Below the pieces are notes generated by a model. It saw nothing but the letters and a program-made list of their open reading frames with translations. It searched no databases and was not told where the DNA came from. 64,000 nt of DNA from Thermodesulfobacteriota bacterium (GTDB lineage: Bacteria > Desulfobacterota_D > UBA1144 > Nemesobacterales > Mycalebacteriaceae): positions 1,152,001 to 1,216,000 of the forward strand of contig OZ245366.1 of NCBI GenBank assembly GCA_965226585.1, in the 5' to 3' direction. Position 1 is the stretch's first letter; each line of letters opens with the position of its first letter. The translations under genes and the position numbers were made by a program. This document shows positions 1 through 12,180 of this stretch, in pieces.

Positions 1-235
1 CTCCGCTTTCGTGTTCGGTTCTTGAGACGAGGGAGAGAGAGACAACTCTGCAGAGAATGGTTTTGAGAAAAGGTCTGGGGTTTTCTTCATCCGCCCCTCC
101 CCTTTTCCACATTTCTGAGATGACTTCTTCATCGGTCATATCTTCGGGCAGTTCGTGAACAAGTTTCCCCGCAAGCGGGTCCGGAACCCATTCAACGTCA
201 AAAGCCCAAACCCTGTTGCGAACGGATTTAAACAT
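1..235 (-). CDS. Predicted PolB-like 3'-5' exonuclease (5' part only; runs off the window edge)
   Basis: Not in the ORF track. Manual translation from ATG at 235 gives MFKSVRNRVWAFDVEWVPDPLAGKL..., open to base 1. FDVEWVPD resembles the ExoI motif of DEDD exonucleases. Confidence 0.7.
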   Translation of the reverse strand, partial: MFKSVRNRVWAFDVEWVPDPLAGKLVHELPEDMTDEEVISEMWKRGGADEENPRPFLKTILCRVVSLSLVSRTEHESG

Positions 236-265
236 GGAGATTAGACACCCTCAAAACTTGCCTTT

Positions 266-487
266 TCAGCCCTTGTCCTTTGCCAGATGGCGCAGGCAGG
301 TTGAAAGCGCGATCATAGTGGGAGCCCATATTCCTATGAAAATTCCCAATCTCTCCGCCGAAGCGCGCATTTCAAGGTCATCGGACAGACCGCCCGTGTA
401 ATACCACGCGCCGAGAGAAATAAACACGGAAGCAATACCGCCAACAAGAGACAGTTTGCTCAAAAACATATAGATTGAACTGCTCAT
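266..487 (-). CDS. Small two-helix membrane protein, function unknown
   Basis: 73 aa with two hydrophobic stretches (LSLVGGIASVFISLGAWYY; LGIFIGIWAPTMIAL). Strong GGAGG ribosome-binding site just upstream of the ATG. Confidence 0.7.
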   Translation of the reverse strand: MSSSIYMFLSKLSLVGGIASVFISLGAWYYTGGLSDDLEMRASAERLGIFIGIWAPTMIALSTCLRHLAKDKG

Positions 488-661
488 AATGAACCTCCCC
501 TATACAATTGAGGGTATAGGAGAAGTGGGGAGAACTCAATACGGGGTTGGGTGAAGAAAATGGGTACGATCTTATCCTTGATTATTGATTCACTTTCCAA
601 TATCTTCGCCATGTACTCTCAAAAGGTCACCAACCGTGATTGCGGTAAGGATGGATAAAAC

Positions 662-1522
662 ATGGCGAATGAAAAAGATAGCTTTCCTACTGAAGCAGAC
701 CTCATGTTGCCAACTCTAGAGGCTATAAATCAACTCGGCGGTTCAGGAACTAATGAGGAGATAGTCGATAAGATTATCGAAATACAAAATTATCCCACAG
801 AGGTTCAAACCGCTTCACATACCAGAGGAAATCGTACAAAGCTGGAATATCGTGCTGCGTGGGCACGTACAAACCTTAAGAGGGTAGGGGCTATCAACAA
901 CAGCAATCTAGGTGTGTGGTCCATTACCAAAATTGGAGGGACACTCTCTGATGAAGAAATTGAGCAGCGCATTAAAAATTTCCGTACTATAGAGCGTCAG
1001 AAACGTAGAGAAACTGCAGAAACTATTAACGAGGTTAATACTGACCTAGATGACGAAACAGACCAGAACTGGAAGGTCCAGCTACTTGATGTCTTGAAGC
1101 AGATTGAACCAAGTGCATTTGAACGGCTTTGTCAGAGAGTGTTGCGCGAGTCTGGCTTTATAAAGGTACAAGTTACAGGAAAAAGCGGAGATGGTGGTAT
1201 TGATGGCATCGGTGTTTTGCGCATAAACCTTCTCTCTTTCCAAGTTTGTTTTCAATGCAAGCGACACAAAGATAGTGTCGGCTCTAGCATGGTCCGTGAC
1301 TTTAGAGGAGCCATGATTGGTCGCTGTGATAAGGGCCTGATGATGACTACCGGTTCTTTTACATTAGATGCTAGGAAAGAAGCCACACGCGATGGTGCCC
1401 CTACTATAGATTTGATAGACGGTGAATACCTTTGCGATTTGTTAAAAAAGCTCAAATTAGGCGTACAAACAGATCTTGTTGAAGAAGTCACTCCATTAAA
1501 AGAGTGGTTTGAGAAGCTATAA
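662..1522 (+). CDS. mrr: Mrr-family (type IV, modification-dependent) restriction endonuclease
   Basis: N-terminal Mrr winged-helix-like region (LEYRAAWARTNLK...GVWSIT). Catalytic domain FERLC...GKSGDGGIDG...QCKR...IDLIDG. Confidence 0.9.
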   Translation: MANEKDSFPTEADLMLPTLEAINQLGGSGTNEEIVDKIIEIQNYPTEVQTASHTRGNRTKLEYRAAWARTNLKRVGAINNSNLGVWSITKIGGTLSDEEIEQRIKNFRTIERQKRRETAETINEVNTDLDDETDQNWKVQLLDVLKQIEPSAFERLCQRVLRESGFIKVQVTGKSGDGGIDGIGVLRINLLSFQVCFQCKRHKDSVGSSMVRDFRGAMIGRCDKGLMMTTGSFTLDARKEATRDGAPTIDLIDGEYLCDLLKKLKLGVQTDLVEEVTPLKEWFEKL

Positions 1523-1586
1523 GTCTATACGAGCAAACTATGGAAATATTTGACGCTAGGAAGTGAAAGGTGGGTTCGAGTTATCG

Positions 1587-3233
1587 TTAAGACAACAACT
1601 GTTTGACTCTTGCTTCTATATTTTTATAGACGCTTTTTAGTTTTGCCTTAGCTTCCTTCGTTAGGATTGCAGTATGTGCTACGCCATCTCGTAACGGTTC
1701 ATACTCTCTTGCGTCTCTTGTGAGGCATGCCTCTATTAAAGGATCTTTCTTGTCAACTAAAGTAGCCAAGCAACCCATTGAAAGGTAATGTAGATTGTTC
1801 GCGTCTTTCCGGATTTCAATGCTGATATTTCCTTTGTTTTTTCTCTTTTCTTCCGTTTTTTTCCATTTTTCCACTTCTTTGCGTTCTCTGGTAGATAATT
1901 CAATACCTTTTTCTTCAACATATTTTCTGAGAAGATTTTCTGAGGCAAAACAATCTGCATATGATTCAAAATTAAAACTCGCATCCGTGCGCAATTCGTC
2001 ACACCACCCTTCTACTCTCCCACGCTTTACGGAATCTGTGGGCTTCTCAACACCATCAAAAACTGCTCTTGCTAATTCTTCGGATTTTCTTTGTTTTCTG
2101 GTTTTGCGTGGATTATCGGAGTCGCCATCCTCTTTGTGTTTTTCACGCAATTCATCCCATTTTTCAACAATCGCCAATGCTACACTTTTTAACTCTTCAA
2201 GAAACTTTGTGTATTCTTTGCTTTCGGCTTTGACTTCTTCCCGACTACTCGTGAAGTGGTCAGGATCGCCAGCATCTAAAATATCAAAGTGGACTTGGCC
2301 GTACAAATAAGTTTCAGGAATTCTTGCTTTAAGAGATGGTAGATGTTTAAGGATATCAGTCTCCCGCAATCTGCCATTCACAAATAAATCGATAGAGACC
2401 CTCTCACCAACTGAATAAATGTTAAGGTCTCGTGGTTTTTTAACTGAAGCGATAAAACCCTTCACCGTATCACTCATAGAAACTGGTAGCGTCTCTTTTA
2501 CTTCGGTACAAAAATTGGTTAGGTAGGGGTCTTCAAAATCATTGATGTTCCACACAAATTGTGTTTTATCAGCCAACTGTTTCAAGGATTCCAAAGTTAC
2601 CAAATCATCGTTCAAGTAAATATTGAATCCGGGGTCCACCAAAGAAAATCTGAAATATAACGCAATGACTTTTTTTAGAAAATCATCTTTGTTGTGTATC
2701 CCATCGTTTATATCTTCAAAGTAAATAATGGTTCCTTTCCTGTGACCATCCTCAAATTGTTTAAATAGAGAATCATCACATTGCCCAAGTTCATATTCAT
2801 TTGAAGAAACATTGTCTTTTATGGCTTGATCCAATCCTGCATTATCTATTGCTCCTCCTACATATTCTCCTCCCTCAGTTTTTGATTTTATGCTGACTTT
2901 TTTAGCGCATGACAAAAGGGCAAGTTTGCCGATACCTTTTCGTCCAATGTATGGCCTTCCACTAGCAGATTTATGTCCGCCAGACATCCTTTTTGAGTAG
3001 CCAATCTTCAAAAATTTATTTTCAAAATCATTAGTCGTCATTCCTTCGCCATCATCCCGTATACACAGCATATTTGTATCTCTATTCAAATAAATATGAA
3101 CATTGCGTGCGTCCGCATCCCATGCGTTAGAAATCGCCTCTCCTAAAACGGTGGTAAAACTACGGTACAAGTTACGACCTAAATGGTTGAGGATGCTAAG
3201 AGAAATATTAAATTTGAAATTCTTATTTAGCAT
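1587..3233 (-). CDS. GHKL (MORC/MutL-like) ATPase with a possible C-terminal HEPN domain
   Basis: GHKL motifs EAISNAWDADA, IRDDGEGM, GRKGIGKLA, GTII. C-terminal ENLLR...RDGVAH. ATG at 3233 overlaps the methyltransferase stop. Confidence 0.85.
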   Translation of the reverse strand: MLNKNFKFNISLSILNHLGRNLYRSFTTVLGEAISNAWDADARNVHIYLNRDTNMLCIRDDGEGMTTNDFENKFLKIGYSKRMSGGHKSASGRPYIGRKGIGKLALLSCAKKVSIKSKTEGGEYVGGAIDNAGLDQAIKDNVSSNEYELGQCDDSLFKQFEDGHRKGTIIYFEDINDGIHNKDDFLKKVIALYFRFSLVDPGFNIYLNDDLVTLESLKQLADKTQFVWNINDFEDPYLTNFCTEVKETLPVSMSDTVKGFIASVKKPRDLNIYSVGERVSIDLFVNGRLRETDILKHLPSLKARIPETYLYGQVHFDILDAGDPDHFTSSREEVKAESKEYTKFLEELKSVALAIVEKWDELREKHKEDGDSDNPRKTRKQRKSEELARAVFDGVEKPTDSVKRGRVEGWCDELRTDASFNFESYADCFASENLLRKYVEEKGIELSTRERKEVEKWKKTEEKRKNKGNISIEIRKDANNLHYLSMGCLATLVDKKDPLIEACLTRDAREYEPLRDGVAHTAILTKEAKAKLKSVYKNIEARVKQLLS

Positions 3234-4287
3234 ATTGTTCAAGGTGATGTTTTATACTCTTTCCAATAACCGATCCCATCCTAACAGGCACAGCGTTACC
3301 TATAAACTTCGCTACTTGAGTAAGGAAAAGAGGGTCCTTTGGATTGGTAAAGAGATATCCCTTCGGGAATGTCTGAAAAATAGCCGCTTCGCGTAAACTG
3401 ATAGCCCTATCTTGCTCTGGGTGTCCGAACCTTCCGTTTCCCAAGCCAATGCATTGAGTTGTCATTGTTGGAGATGGTGCATCCCAACGCATACGACCGT
3501 AAACGGTATCTCTGTAAGTTCTTCCAGAGTCTTTTTTGTGACAAGCCAAAATCAAGCTGTTGTCCCAACTTCGAGAATCGCCACCGTTGTGCGGCGTTGC
3601 TTTTATGCGCTTAGTGTTTATAGGACTTAACTTTCTTGCTCTATGTAGAGGATCAGACTTGCTCACTTCTCCAGAATTGATCGGCTCGAGATTTTTGATA
3701 GCATCTCGGACTGTTATCTTTTTATCCTTATGCGTTTTTTTTATCAATTCAATTTCACCAAAACGAGACGCCAACAGCACCAATCGTTTTCGACTCTGAG
3801 GAATGCCATAGTCTGAGACATTGACAATTTCGTATTTGCACTTGTAGCCACCCTCATCAAGCGTATCCATAAAAGTTTTGAAGACAGGATACCTTTCTAC
3901 ATCTGCAAGACCCCTCACATTTTCCATGGAAACAATGTCTGGAAGGGTTTCCTTAATCAAATGAGCAAATTTTTCGAGTGGCTCCAACTGTTTGTTGGTA
4001 ACTTGCTTCAAATTCAATCTCGAAAACGGTTGACAGGGAGCACAACCGACTAAAACTCGGATAGCCTCGTCTTTAGGACCAAACAACTTTTCTATTTCTT
4101 TCGCATTCACATCAAGAATATCACTATGTATAAACTTCGCTTTATTATTGTATTCATAACCAAACTTACAAGAATTGTCGTTGTCTACTCCAGCGATGAC
4201 ATCAAGCCCCTCTTTAATGAGCCCGTGAGATAACCCTCCTATGCCACAAAATAAATCTATAACTTTTAATTGCTCTTTCCGCCTCAT
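3223..4287 (-). CDS. DNA (cytosine-5) methyltransferase
   Basis: Motif I DLFCGIGG, motif IV GCAPCQPFS, motif VI ENV, motif VIII PQSRKRL, motif X IGNAVP. Confidence 0.95.
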   Translation of the reverse strand: MRRKEQLKVIDLFCGIGGLSHGLIKEGLDVIAGVDNDNSCKFGYEYNNKAKFIHSDILDVNAKEIEKLFGPKDEAIRVLVGCAPCQPFSRLNLKQVTNKQLEPLEKFAHLIKETLPDIVSMENVRGLADVERYPVFKTFMDTLDEGGYKCKYEIVNVSDYGIPQSRKRLVLLASRFGEIELIKKTHKDKKITVRDAIKNLEPINSGEVSKSDPLHRARKLSPINTKRIKATPHNGGDSRSWDNSLILACHKKDSGRTYRDTVYGRMRWDAPSPTMTTQCIGLGNGRFGHPEQDRAISLREAAIFQTFPKGYLFTNPKDPLFLTQVAKFIGNAVPVRMGSVIGKSIKHHLEQYAK

Positions 4288-4567
4288 GATAAAAACACCA
4301 ACTTCATTCTACATTGTCGAAATCAAACTGAAAATCTCTACTTCAAACTACCGGACAACCTTTCGCACTCCAATCAAGTGATAACGACGAAACGAAAAGC
4401 CTCTTAGCCCGCCTGCGACGTTAATGTACCTGCCAATACTGAGAATTAGTTAAGTTTTCCTCGTACAACAAAAGTTTCAAAACACCAAATCAGTGAGATG
4501 GAAGAACTTAAACTTTCAATCCATCTTTTTTGCAAGACAACATCCTCTTAGTGTAAAAGAACAAAAC

Positions 4568-5101
4568 ATGCCCACAAACACCCTATTCCTTTGCACCGGC
4601 AACTCCTACTGCTCCATAATGGCGGAATATCTGCTGAAACACTACGGCGGAAACCGTTTCGTGTCTTTCAGTGCCGGAAGTTCACCTACGGGCGAAATAC
4701 ACCCGCAAAGCATCTCCACCTTGAAAAAACGAGGAGTCTCCGCTTCGGGTTGCCGCAGTAAATCGTGGGATGAGTTCTTTGGTGTCAAAGGGAGTTGGGG
4801 AGGAAATATCAGTCTCCCTGAAGGTGAGTTCATAGCTCAGCACATTGATATCGTCATAACCCTTTGCGATAACGCCGCCCGGGATGAAACCTGTCCGATA
4901 TTTCACGGCGCGCCCGTAAAAGTGCACTGGGGCGTTTCCGACCCCGCAAAGTTTGAAGGCACGGAAGAAGAAATCACAAAAGAGTTTGAGCGCGTATGCG
5001 ACATTCTGGAAAAGCGCGTCAAAACCCTTACCCAACTGCCGGTTGAAAAAATGAGCAAAGACGAACTCCACAAAGAACTAGACGCCATAGGCAAACTGTA
5101 A
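4568..5101 (+). CDS. arsC: ArsC/LMW-PTP-family arsenate reductase with an altered active site
   Basis: LFLCTGNSYCSIMAE, SAGSSP, IDIVITLCD, TCP, HWGVSDPA. The canonical P-loop CTGNSCRS reads CTGNSYCS here. Confidence 0.8.
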   Translation: MPTNTLFLCTGNSYCSIMAEYLLKHYGGNRFVSFSAGSSPTGEIHPQSISTLKKRGVSASGCRSKSWDEFFGVKGSWGGNISLPEGEFIAQHIDIVITLCDNAARDETCPIFHGAPVKVHWGVSDPAKFEGTEEEITKEFERVCDILEKRVKTLTQLPVEKMSKDELHKELDAIGKL

Positions 5102-5162
5102 CCACCCTTCCCGCCCCGCCCTACGCAAACGGATATCAAAGTAATAACTCAATGCTCTTGTT

Positions 5163-5192
5163 TGTCAGATAAAACTATGTAATAATCTGACA
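5163..5192. promoter_or_regulatory. Inverted repeat, probable AbiEi autoregulatory operator
   Basis: TGTCAGAT (5163-5170), N14, ATCTGACA (5185-5192), directly upstream of the abiEi RBS. AbiE operons are known to be autorepressed through promoter inverted repeats. Confidence 0.6.
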
Positions 5193-5208
5193 CATAGAGG
5201 ACTTAACT

Positions 5209-5829
5209 ATGTTATCTATAACTGACAAAATTCTGCAAAGAATTAAGAACAAACGCCGTGGATGGGTGTTTGGACCGGGTGATTTTCTGGATATCGGGTC
5301 GCGAGCCGCAGTAGATCAAGTGCTTTCGCGTCTGGTAAAGCGGGATGTAATCCGCAGACAAAGCCGGGGCATATACGACTATCCTAAACATCACCCGTCA
5401 TTCGGCTTGCTTTCTCCGGACGCTGACAGCCTCGCAAGGGTGATAGCCGCAGGGGATGACATTTCTCCATCCGGTGCTATGGCGGCTAATATGCTCGGTC
5501 TTTCCACGCAAGTACCCGCAAAGCCGACCTACGTTACAAACGGTCCCTCACGCACACGCACAATTGACGGACAAATCATCACTCTGAAACATGCAAAAGT
5601 GCCGCTTCTAAAGGATGTGCCGGATAGTGTTAATCTCCTGTTGCAAGCCTTCTCATACTTGGGGAAATCAAATGTGGATGACCGGATTATCAACCACAGC
5701 GCATCAGTTCTGCCGAACAGCGATATGAGCAAACTTCACAAAAATATGAAACGACTCCCCGGCTGGCTCGCGGATGTTGTGCATAAAATTGAGGATGCAA
5801 AAAATGGACAAGTTCAACAAACTGACTGA
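5209..5829 (+). CDS. abiEi: AbiEi-type (type IV TA) antitoxin, winged-helix regulator
   Basis: DFLDIGSRAAVDQVLSRL...RGIYDYP...AANMLGLSTQVP. Overlaps the downstream nucleotidyltransferase gene. Confidence 0.8.
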   Translation: MLSITDKILQRIKNKRRGWVFGPGDFLDIGSRAAVDQVLSRLVKRDVIRRQSRGIYDYPKHHPSFGLLSPDADSLARVIAAGDDISPSGAMAANMLGLSTQVPAKPTYVTNGPSRTRTIDGQIITLKHAKVPLLKDVPDSVNLLLQAFSYLGKSNVDDRIINHSASVLPNSDMSKLHKNMKRLPGWLADVVHKIEDAKNGQVQQTD

Positions 5830-6820
5830 GGAAGACAGAAAAACCGCCTTTAAACAAGCTGCCGCAAAGCAGGGTTTTACACCCGTCATTATGGAGAAAG
5901 ACTTCTGGGTGTGCTGGACGCTGAAACAACTTTTCAGTGACGATAAGATTGGCGGTTTTTTGACTTTCAAAGGCGGAACATCCCTTTCCAAAGCATACGG
6001 TCTGATTGAGCGTTTCTCTGAAGATATCGACCTCACTGTCAACAGAGATGCCCCTTTCCTGAAGGGTGGACGGAACCCGATGGAAGACGACATTTCCGGC
6101 AAAGAACGTGGGCGGCGCATCAAATCATTAAAAGAGAACACCGGGGCTTTTGTTAAAAAGATTGTGCTTCCGGTGATGAAGAAAAGAATCAAAACCTCTT
6201 TGGGAAACCACGGGAACTGGAGTCTGAGACCGGACAAGAGTGACAACCAGACTCTTCTTTTCCATTATCCGGAGCTCACAAGTGAAGGTGGAAATGGATA
6301 CATCAAACAAACGGTTCGCCTGGAGTTCGGCGCGCGAGGTGAAATAGAGCCGAACACAAATTGTACCATCACACCCTACGTGGCTGAGCAATATCCAAAC
6401 TTGTTTGATTCTCCAAAAACCGAAGCCCGAACGCTGGCGGTGGAACGCACATTCTGGGAGAAGGTTACTATCCTCCACGCGCTTTATCATGGCGTACGTA
6501 TGCGCGACCGAATGTCGCGCCACTATTACGATACTTACACAATGGATAAGAAGGGCATAACCGGGAAGGCACTAAAAGACACCGGACTGCTGGAAAAAGT
6601 GGTTAGAAATAAGAGCCTGCTTTTCACGGATAAAAAAGCTTCCTATGAAACGGCAAAAATCGGGTCGCTCAAACTGTTGCCGGACAGCACAAAGACGGCT
6701 GAGTTAAAAAGCGACTACGGCAAGATGAGCGAGATGTTTACGGGCAAAGCTCCGGACTTTAACGATATGGTCGAGGGCTTAAAAATGCTTGAAAACAAAC
6801 TGAACTCCACCGCCCCGTAA
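5804..6820 (+). CDS. abiEii: AbiEii/AbiGii nucleotidyltransferase toxin
   Basis: EKDFWV, FKGGTSLSK, RFSEDIDL, ERTFWEK, SRHYYD. Start placed at ATG 5804 after a GAGG. Confidence 0.9.
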   Translation: MDKFNKLTEEDRKTAFKQAAAKQGFTPVIMEKDFWVCWTLKQLFSDDKIGGFLTFKGGTSLSKAYGLIERFSEDIDLTVNRDAPFLKGGRNPMEDDISGKERGRRIKSLKENTGAFVKKIVLPVMKKRIKTSLGNHGNWSLRPDKSDNQTLLFHYPELTSEGGNGYIKQTVRLEFGARGEIEPNTNCTITPYVAEQYPNLFDSPKTEARTLAVERTFWEKVTILHALYHGVRMRDRMSRHYYDTYTMDKKGITGKALKDTGLLEKVVRNKSLLFTDKKASYETAKIGSLKLLPDSTKTAELKSDYGKMSEMFTGKAPDFNDMVEGLKMLENKLNSTAP

Positions 6821-6874
6821 CCCAGCACCGGCGGTGTGTTGAACCCCTTTTTGTAATTCCAGCCCTTAAATCAA

Positions 6875-9166
<2,292 letters not shown>

Positions 9167-9194
9167 CTAACGGCTCCAATCCTGAAAACCGCGC

Positions 9195-10586
9195 TCATCC
9201 ATCTTCATTAAAAGAGATTTCAAGCAGACGCAGAGGAAGTTTGCCGCCGTTTTTAACGCGCAGAGGCACGCCGTCCGGGGCTTCAAGCAGGTCTCCCTCG
9301 GCAAGCGTAACGCTTTTGCCGCCCAGAATTGCCACCGCCTCGCCCTCAAGAACCACAACACGGGAAGCGTTTGCCTGCGGCTCATAATCCATCCTTGCAG
9401 ACACATGAACGCTTCTGACTGAAAAACCGCCGCCCTTCTCTATCATCCGCTCTGAACCCCACGCGCGTTCAGTTCGCAAGGGGCGCGAGGCTTCGGAACC
9501 GCCGCCCCGGGCAACAACCTCATCAACAATGTCTTTCACCTTGCCTGCGCGCTTCATGTCAGACACAAGCACGGCGTCTCCTTCGTCAACAATCACAAGC
9601 CCTTTCAGCCCTTCAGCCGCAACAACCCTTTCCCCGGACGAGCGCACAAGGCAGTTTTTAGAGTTCAAAACAACCGCCCCTCCGCTAACGGCGTTGCCGT
9701 CAGAATCCTTTTTCGCAAGTTTGTAGACTGACTCCCAAGAGCCCACATCATCCCACTCAAAACTCGCCGGAACAACGGCTCCAAGTTCGGTTTTTTCCAT
9801 AACGGCAAAATCTATTGAGATGTCGGGAGATTTCGCGTAACTGGCGGTGTCCGCTCCGTAAGAGTCTTCTTTTGAAAGCGATCTGCGCACGGCGGAAAAC
9901 ACACCGGGAGCGTGTTTTTTTATCTCTTCAAGCATAACGCGCCCTCTGAAAACAAAGATTCCGGAGTTCCACAGAAACGACTGCTTCACATATCTCCGCG
10001 CTGTTCTAAGGTCGGGCTTCTCAACAAAACGCCCTATTTTGAAAACGCCCTGCGGCGCGCCTTCCGCCGCATCACCCTTCTGTATGTACCCGTATCCGGT
10101 TTCGGGACGGTTGGGCTTAATTCCGATGGTAACGATAAAGCCCTTCTCAGCCGCCGCAACCGCCGTTTCAACGGCTTTCAAAAATCCGTCTTTGTCGCCC
10201 ACGTGGTGGTCTGACGGCGAAACTATAAAGATGATGTCTTCGTCCTCTTCAATGTCGGGCATGGCGCGCATAATTCCCAGCGCGATTGCCGGAGCCGTGT
10301 TTCTTGAAAGCGGTTCCGCCGCGATTTCCACTCTCGCGGATACGGAGGAATCTATGTGGGAACGGAAAGCGGCTTCCTGAGCCGCGCCAACAAGCACGGT
10401 TATGTCTCGCGCGCGGCGCGAAAGCAGGGAGATGGTCTCATTTATAAGCGAACGCCCCGAAGACAAAGAGAGAAGCGGCTTGGGATTGAGCAGACGCGAT
10501 GACGGCCACAGCCGTTTGCCCGCGCCTCCCGCCATGAGAAGGCACACCCTGTGCGGCGCTTTTACTGTTTCGTTTGAACTATCCAT
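9195..10586 (-). CDS. manC: Mannose-1-phosphate guanylyltransferase with a C-terminal cupin (PMI-like) domain
   Basis: MAGGAGKRLWPSSR..PK, EPLSRNTAPAI, PSDH, PETGYGYI, FVEKPD, WNSGIF, SIDFAVMEK, WDDVGSW. Confidence 0.9.
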   Translation of the reverse strand: MDSSNETVKAPHRVCLLMAGGAGKRLWPSSRLLNPKPLLSLSSGRSLINETISLLSRRARDITVLVGAAQEAAFRSHIDSSVSARVEIAAEPLSRNTAPAIALGIMRAMPDIEEDEDIIFIVSPSDHHVGDKDGFLKAVETAVAAAEKGFIVTIGIKPNRPETGYGYIQKGDAAEGAPQGVFKIGRFVEKPDLRTARRYVKQSFLWNSGIFVFRGRVMLEEIKKHAPGVFSAVRRSLSKEDSYGADTASYAKSPDISIDFAVMEKTELGAVVPASFEWDDVGSWESVYKLAKKDSDGNAVSGGAVVLNSKNCLVRSSGERVVAAEGLKGLVIVDEGDAVLVSDMKRAGKVKDIVDEVVARGGGSEASRPLRTERAWGSERMIEKGGGFSVRSVHVSARMDYEPQANASRVVVLEGEAVAILGGKSVTLAEGDLLEAPDGVPLRVKNGGKLPLRLLEISFNEDG

Positions 10587-12051
10587 CTTTCAAATCCTGA
10601 TGTGCCGGGGTCAACAAGTCAAAAACCGTTTTGACGGGATTGAAGCATTCCGGGGGGATTTCAACAAAAACCGTGTCCCAGCCCGCCATCGCTCCATTCC
10701 ATAAACCCGGCATCTCAAGGGTTCTAATCCGCCGTCCGTTGTGTGTTTTTTCCGTGACCATAAACGCGCCTTCGCCGGAGTCTCCGAATTCGCTCAGGCG
10801 GAAATCGCCCCGCCAGCACGCCATTTCAACGGGGTTGAAGTGTGTCGCCGAACGAAAAATCTCTTCCTGCCCGGAGTCCGAGCGGTCAACCTGCGCCGCC
10901 TCAACAATCTGCGGGGTTACGCCTCTGCCCGCGTCATCCGTCCAGAACGGGCCGCCTCCCGGCTCGCCCGTGTTCTTCACAACTCCGCAAACCCTCAGGG
11001 GGCGTTTTGGCGGTTTTTTCTCAAGTCTCTCCATCAGCAGACCGCCGAGCGCTCTTTTGATAAAGCCGGGGTTTTTCTCGCGCGATATGTGCCCGATGTT
11101 GTCTATGTTTGAGATAAAAACTATACCGCCGTCCATCTTTTCAAGATTTTCCATCAAAGCCCCGTGCCCCGCCGGACGAAAAACCAGACGCCCCTTTTTA
11201 TCCTTCAAAACGTTTCCGTCTTCATCAAGGGCAACCGTGTCTGTCGCCGGATTCTGCACGGAAAAATCCACGCGGTTGTGGAAGAAAAAAGAGTTTCCCG
11301 GCTCGTGCCCTTCATAACCGTAGCGCGCCTTCAAAATCCCGTAGTGAAGGTTGTGAGCGTGCCAATTCATATCCTCGTAAAAATCGCGTGAAACTGTGAA
11401 ATGAATGCGGGAAACACCTTCGGGCGGGTCGCATTGGGTGTAAAAACGGGCGCGGTAAATATGCTCAAGGAAGGCGGACGGAACGGGTTTGGCGGCGGGA
11501 ATATGGAACGGCGAAAGCCCCTTTTTGCCCCCAATAACCTGCCAGTCGGATTGTTTGCCGTATCTGTGAAACGGCACAACGCCCTTTGAAGCGTCTCCGT
11601 AGCCAAGCCCGTCTCGCGACAGAACAAGGCGGACGATTTCATCCTGCTTCATTGAGCGCAATCCGCCCTTCACTTTCTCTGCGGCGAGCCGCTTCAAGTT
11701 TTCATGGAAAGCGAACTTTTTTATGTTTTTGCAAAACCGCGAGACCGCTTTCCGGTCGCCGTCCGCAATGCTTGAAAACATTCTGCTTGCCGCTCCCGAA
11801 GCCGGAATAAAAGCGGTTGCCGAGTATGAGTTCCCCTTGGGGTTTGTAAAGTTTTCGCGGAACAGTTTTTCATAAGAGCGCGTTTGTTTTGCCGTGAGGC
11901 GGACTATGCCGTCTCCAACCGCGCAGGGTCTTTCAAGGCGGACAAAAGACGGATTTTTGAGGGCTTTTATTTGAGAGCGGACGGTTTTTTGCGTAACACC
12001 CCTTTGCGCAATCTGCTTTTTGGTGGTGTCGTCAAACTTGAAAGTGGACAT
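10579..12051 (-). CDS. DUF4301-family protein (nucleotide-sugar pyrophosphorylase-like fold)
   Basis: FIPASGAASRMF, FRPAGHGAL, NIDN, RVCGVVKNTGEPGGGPFW, THFNPV, LEMPGLWNGAM, FNPVKTV. Start moved to ATG 12051 because the longer ORF overlaps two tRNAs. Confidence 0.85.
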   Translation of the reverse strand: MSTFKFDDTTKKQIAQRGVTQKTVRSQIKALKNPSFVRLERPCAVGDGIVRLTAKQTRSYEKLFRENFTNPKGNSYSATAFIPASGAASRMFSSIADGDRKAVSRFCKNIKKFAFHENLKRLAAEKVKGGLRSMKQDEIVRLVLSRDGLGYGDASKGVVPFHRYGKQSDWQVIGGKKGLSPFHIPAAKPVPSAFLEHIYRARFYTQCDPPEGVSRIHFTVSRDFYEDMNWHAHNLHYGILKARYGYEGHEPGNSFFFHNRVDFSVQNPATDTVALDEDGNVLKDKKGRLVFRPAGHGALMENLEKMDGGIVFISNIDNIGHISREKNPGFIKRALGGLLMERLEKKPPKRPLRVCGVVKNTGEPGGGPFWTDDAGRGVTPQIVEAAQVDRSDSGQEEIFRSATHFNPVEMACWRGDFRLSEFGDSGEGAFMVTEKTHNGRRIRTLEMPGLWNGAMAGWDTVFVEIPPECFNPVKTVFDLLTPAHQDLKDG

Positions 12052-12062
12052 TAACTTAATGG

Positions 12063-12141
12063 TGGCGGCGTCGACGGGACTTGAACCCGCGGCCTCTGCC
12101 TTGACAGGGCAGCGCTCTAAACCAGGCTGAGCTACGACGCC
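12063..12141 (-). tRNA. tRNA-Asp(GTC)
   Basis: Cloverleaf with anticodon arm CTGCC-CTGTCAA-GGCAG, GGTTCAAGTCC T-arm, encoded CCA. Confidence 0.95.
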
Positions 12142-12180
12142 TTTATTCCTAACAGTGCTCTCCGCACGGGACGGATTGCA

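Noticed and set aside
488..661. att site (tRNA-Ser 3' duplication) marking the left end of the defence block
   Set aside because: I found no convincing copy of the tRNA 3' end. There is only a short CCTATAC/GTATAGG inverted repeat near 499-520, of unknown meaning.
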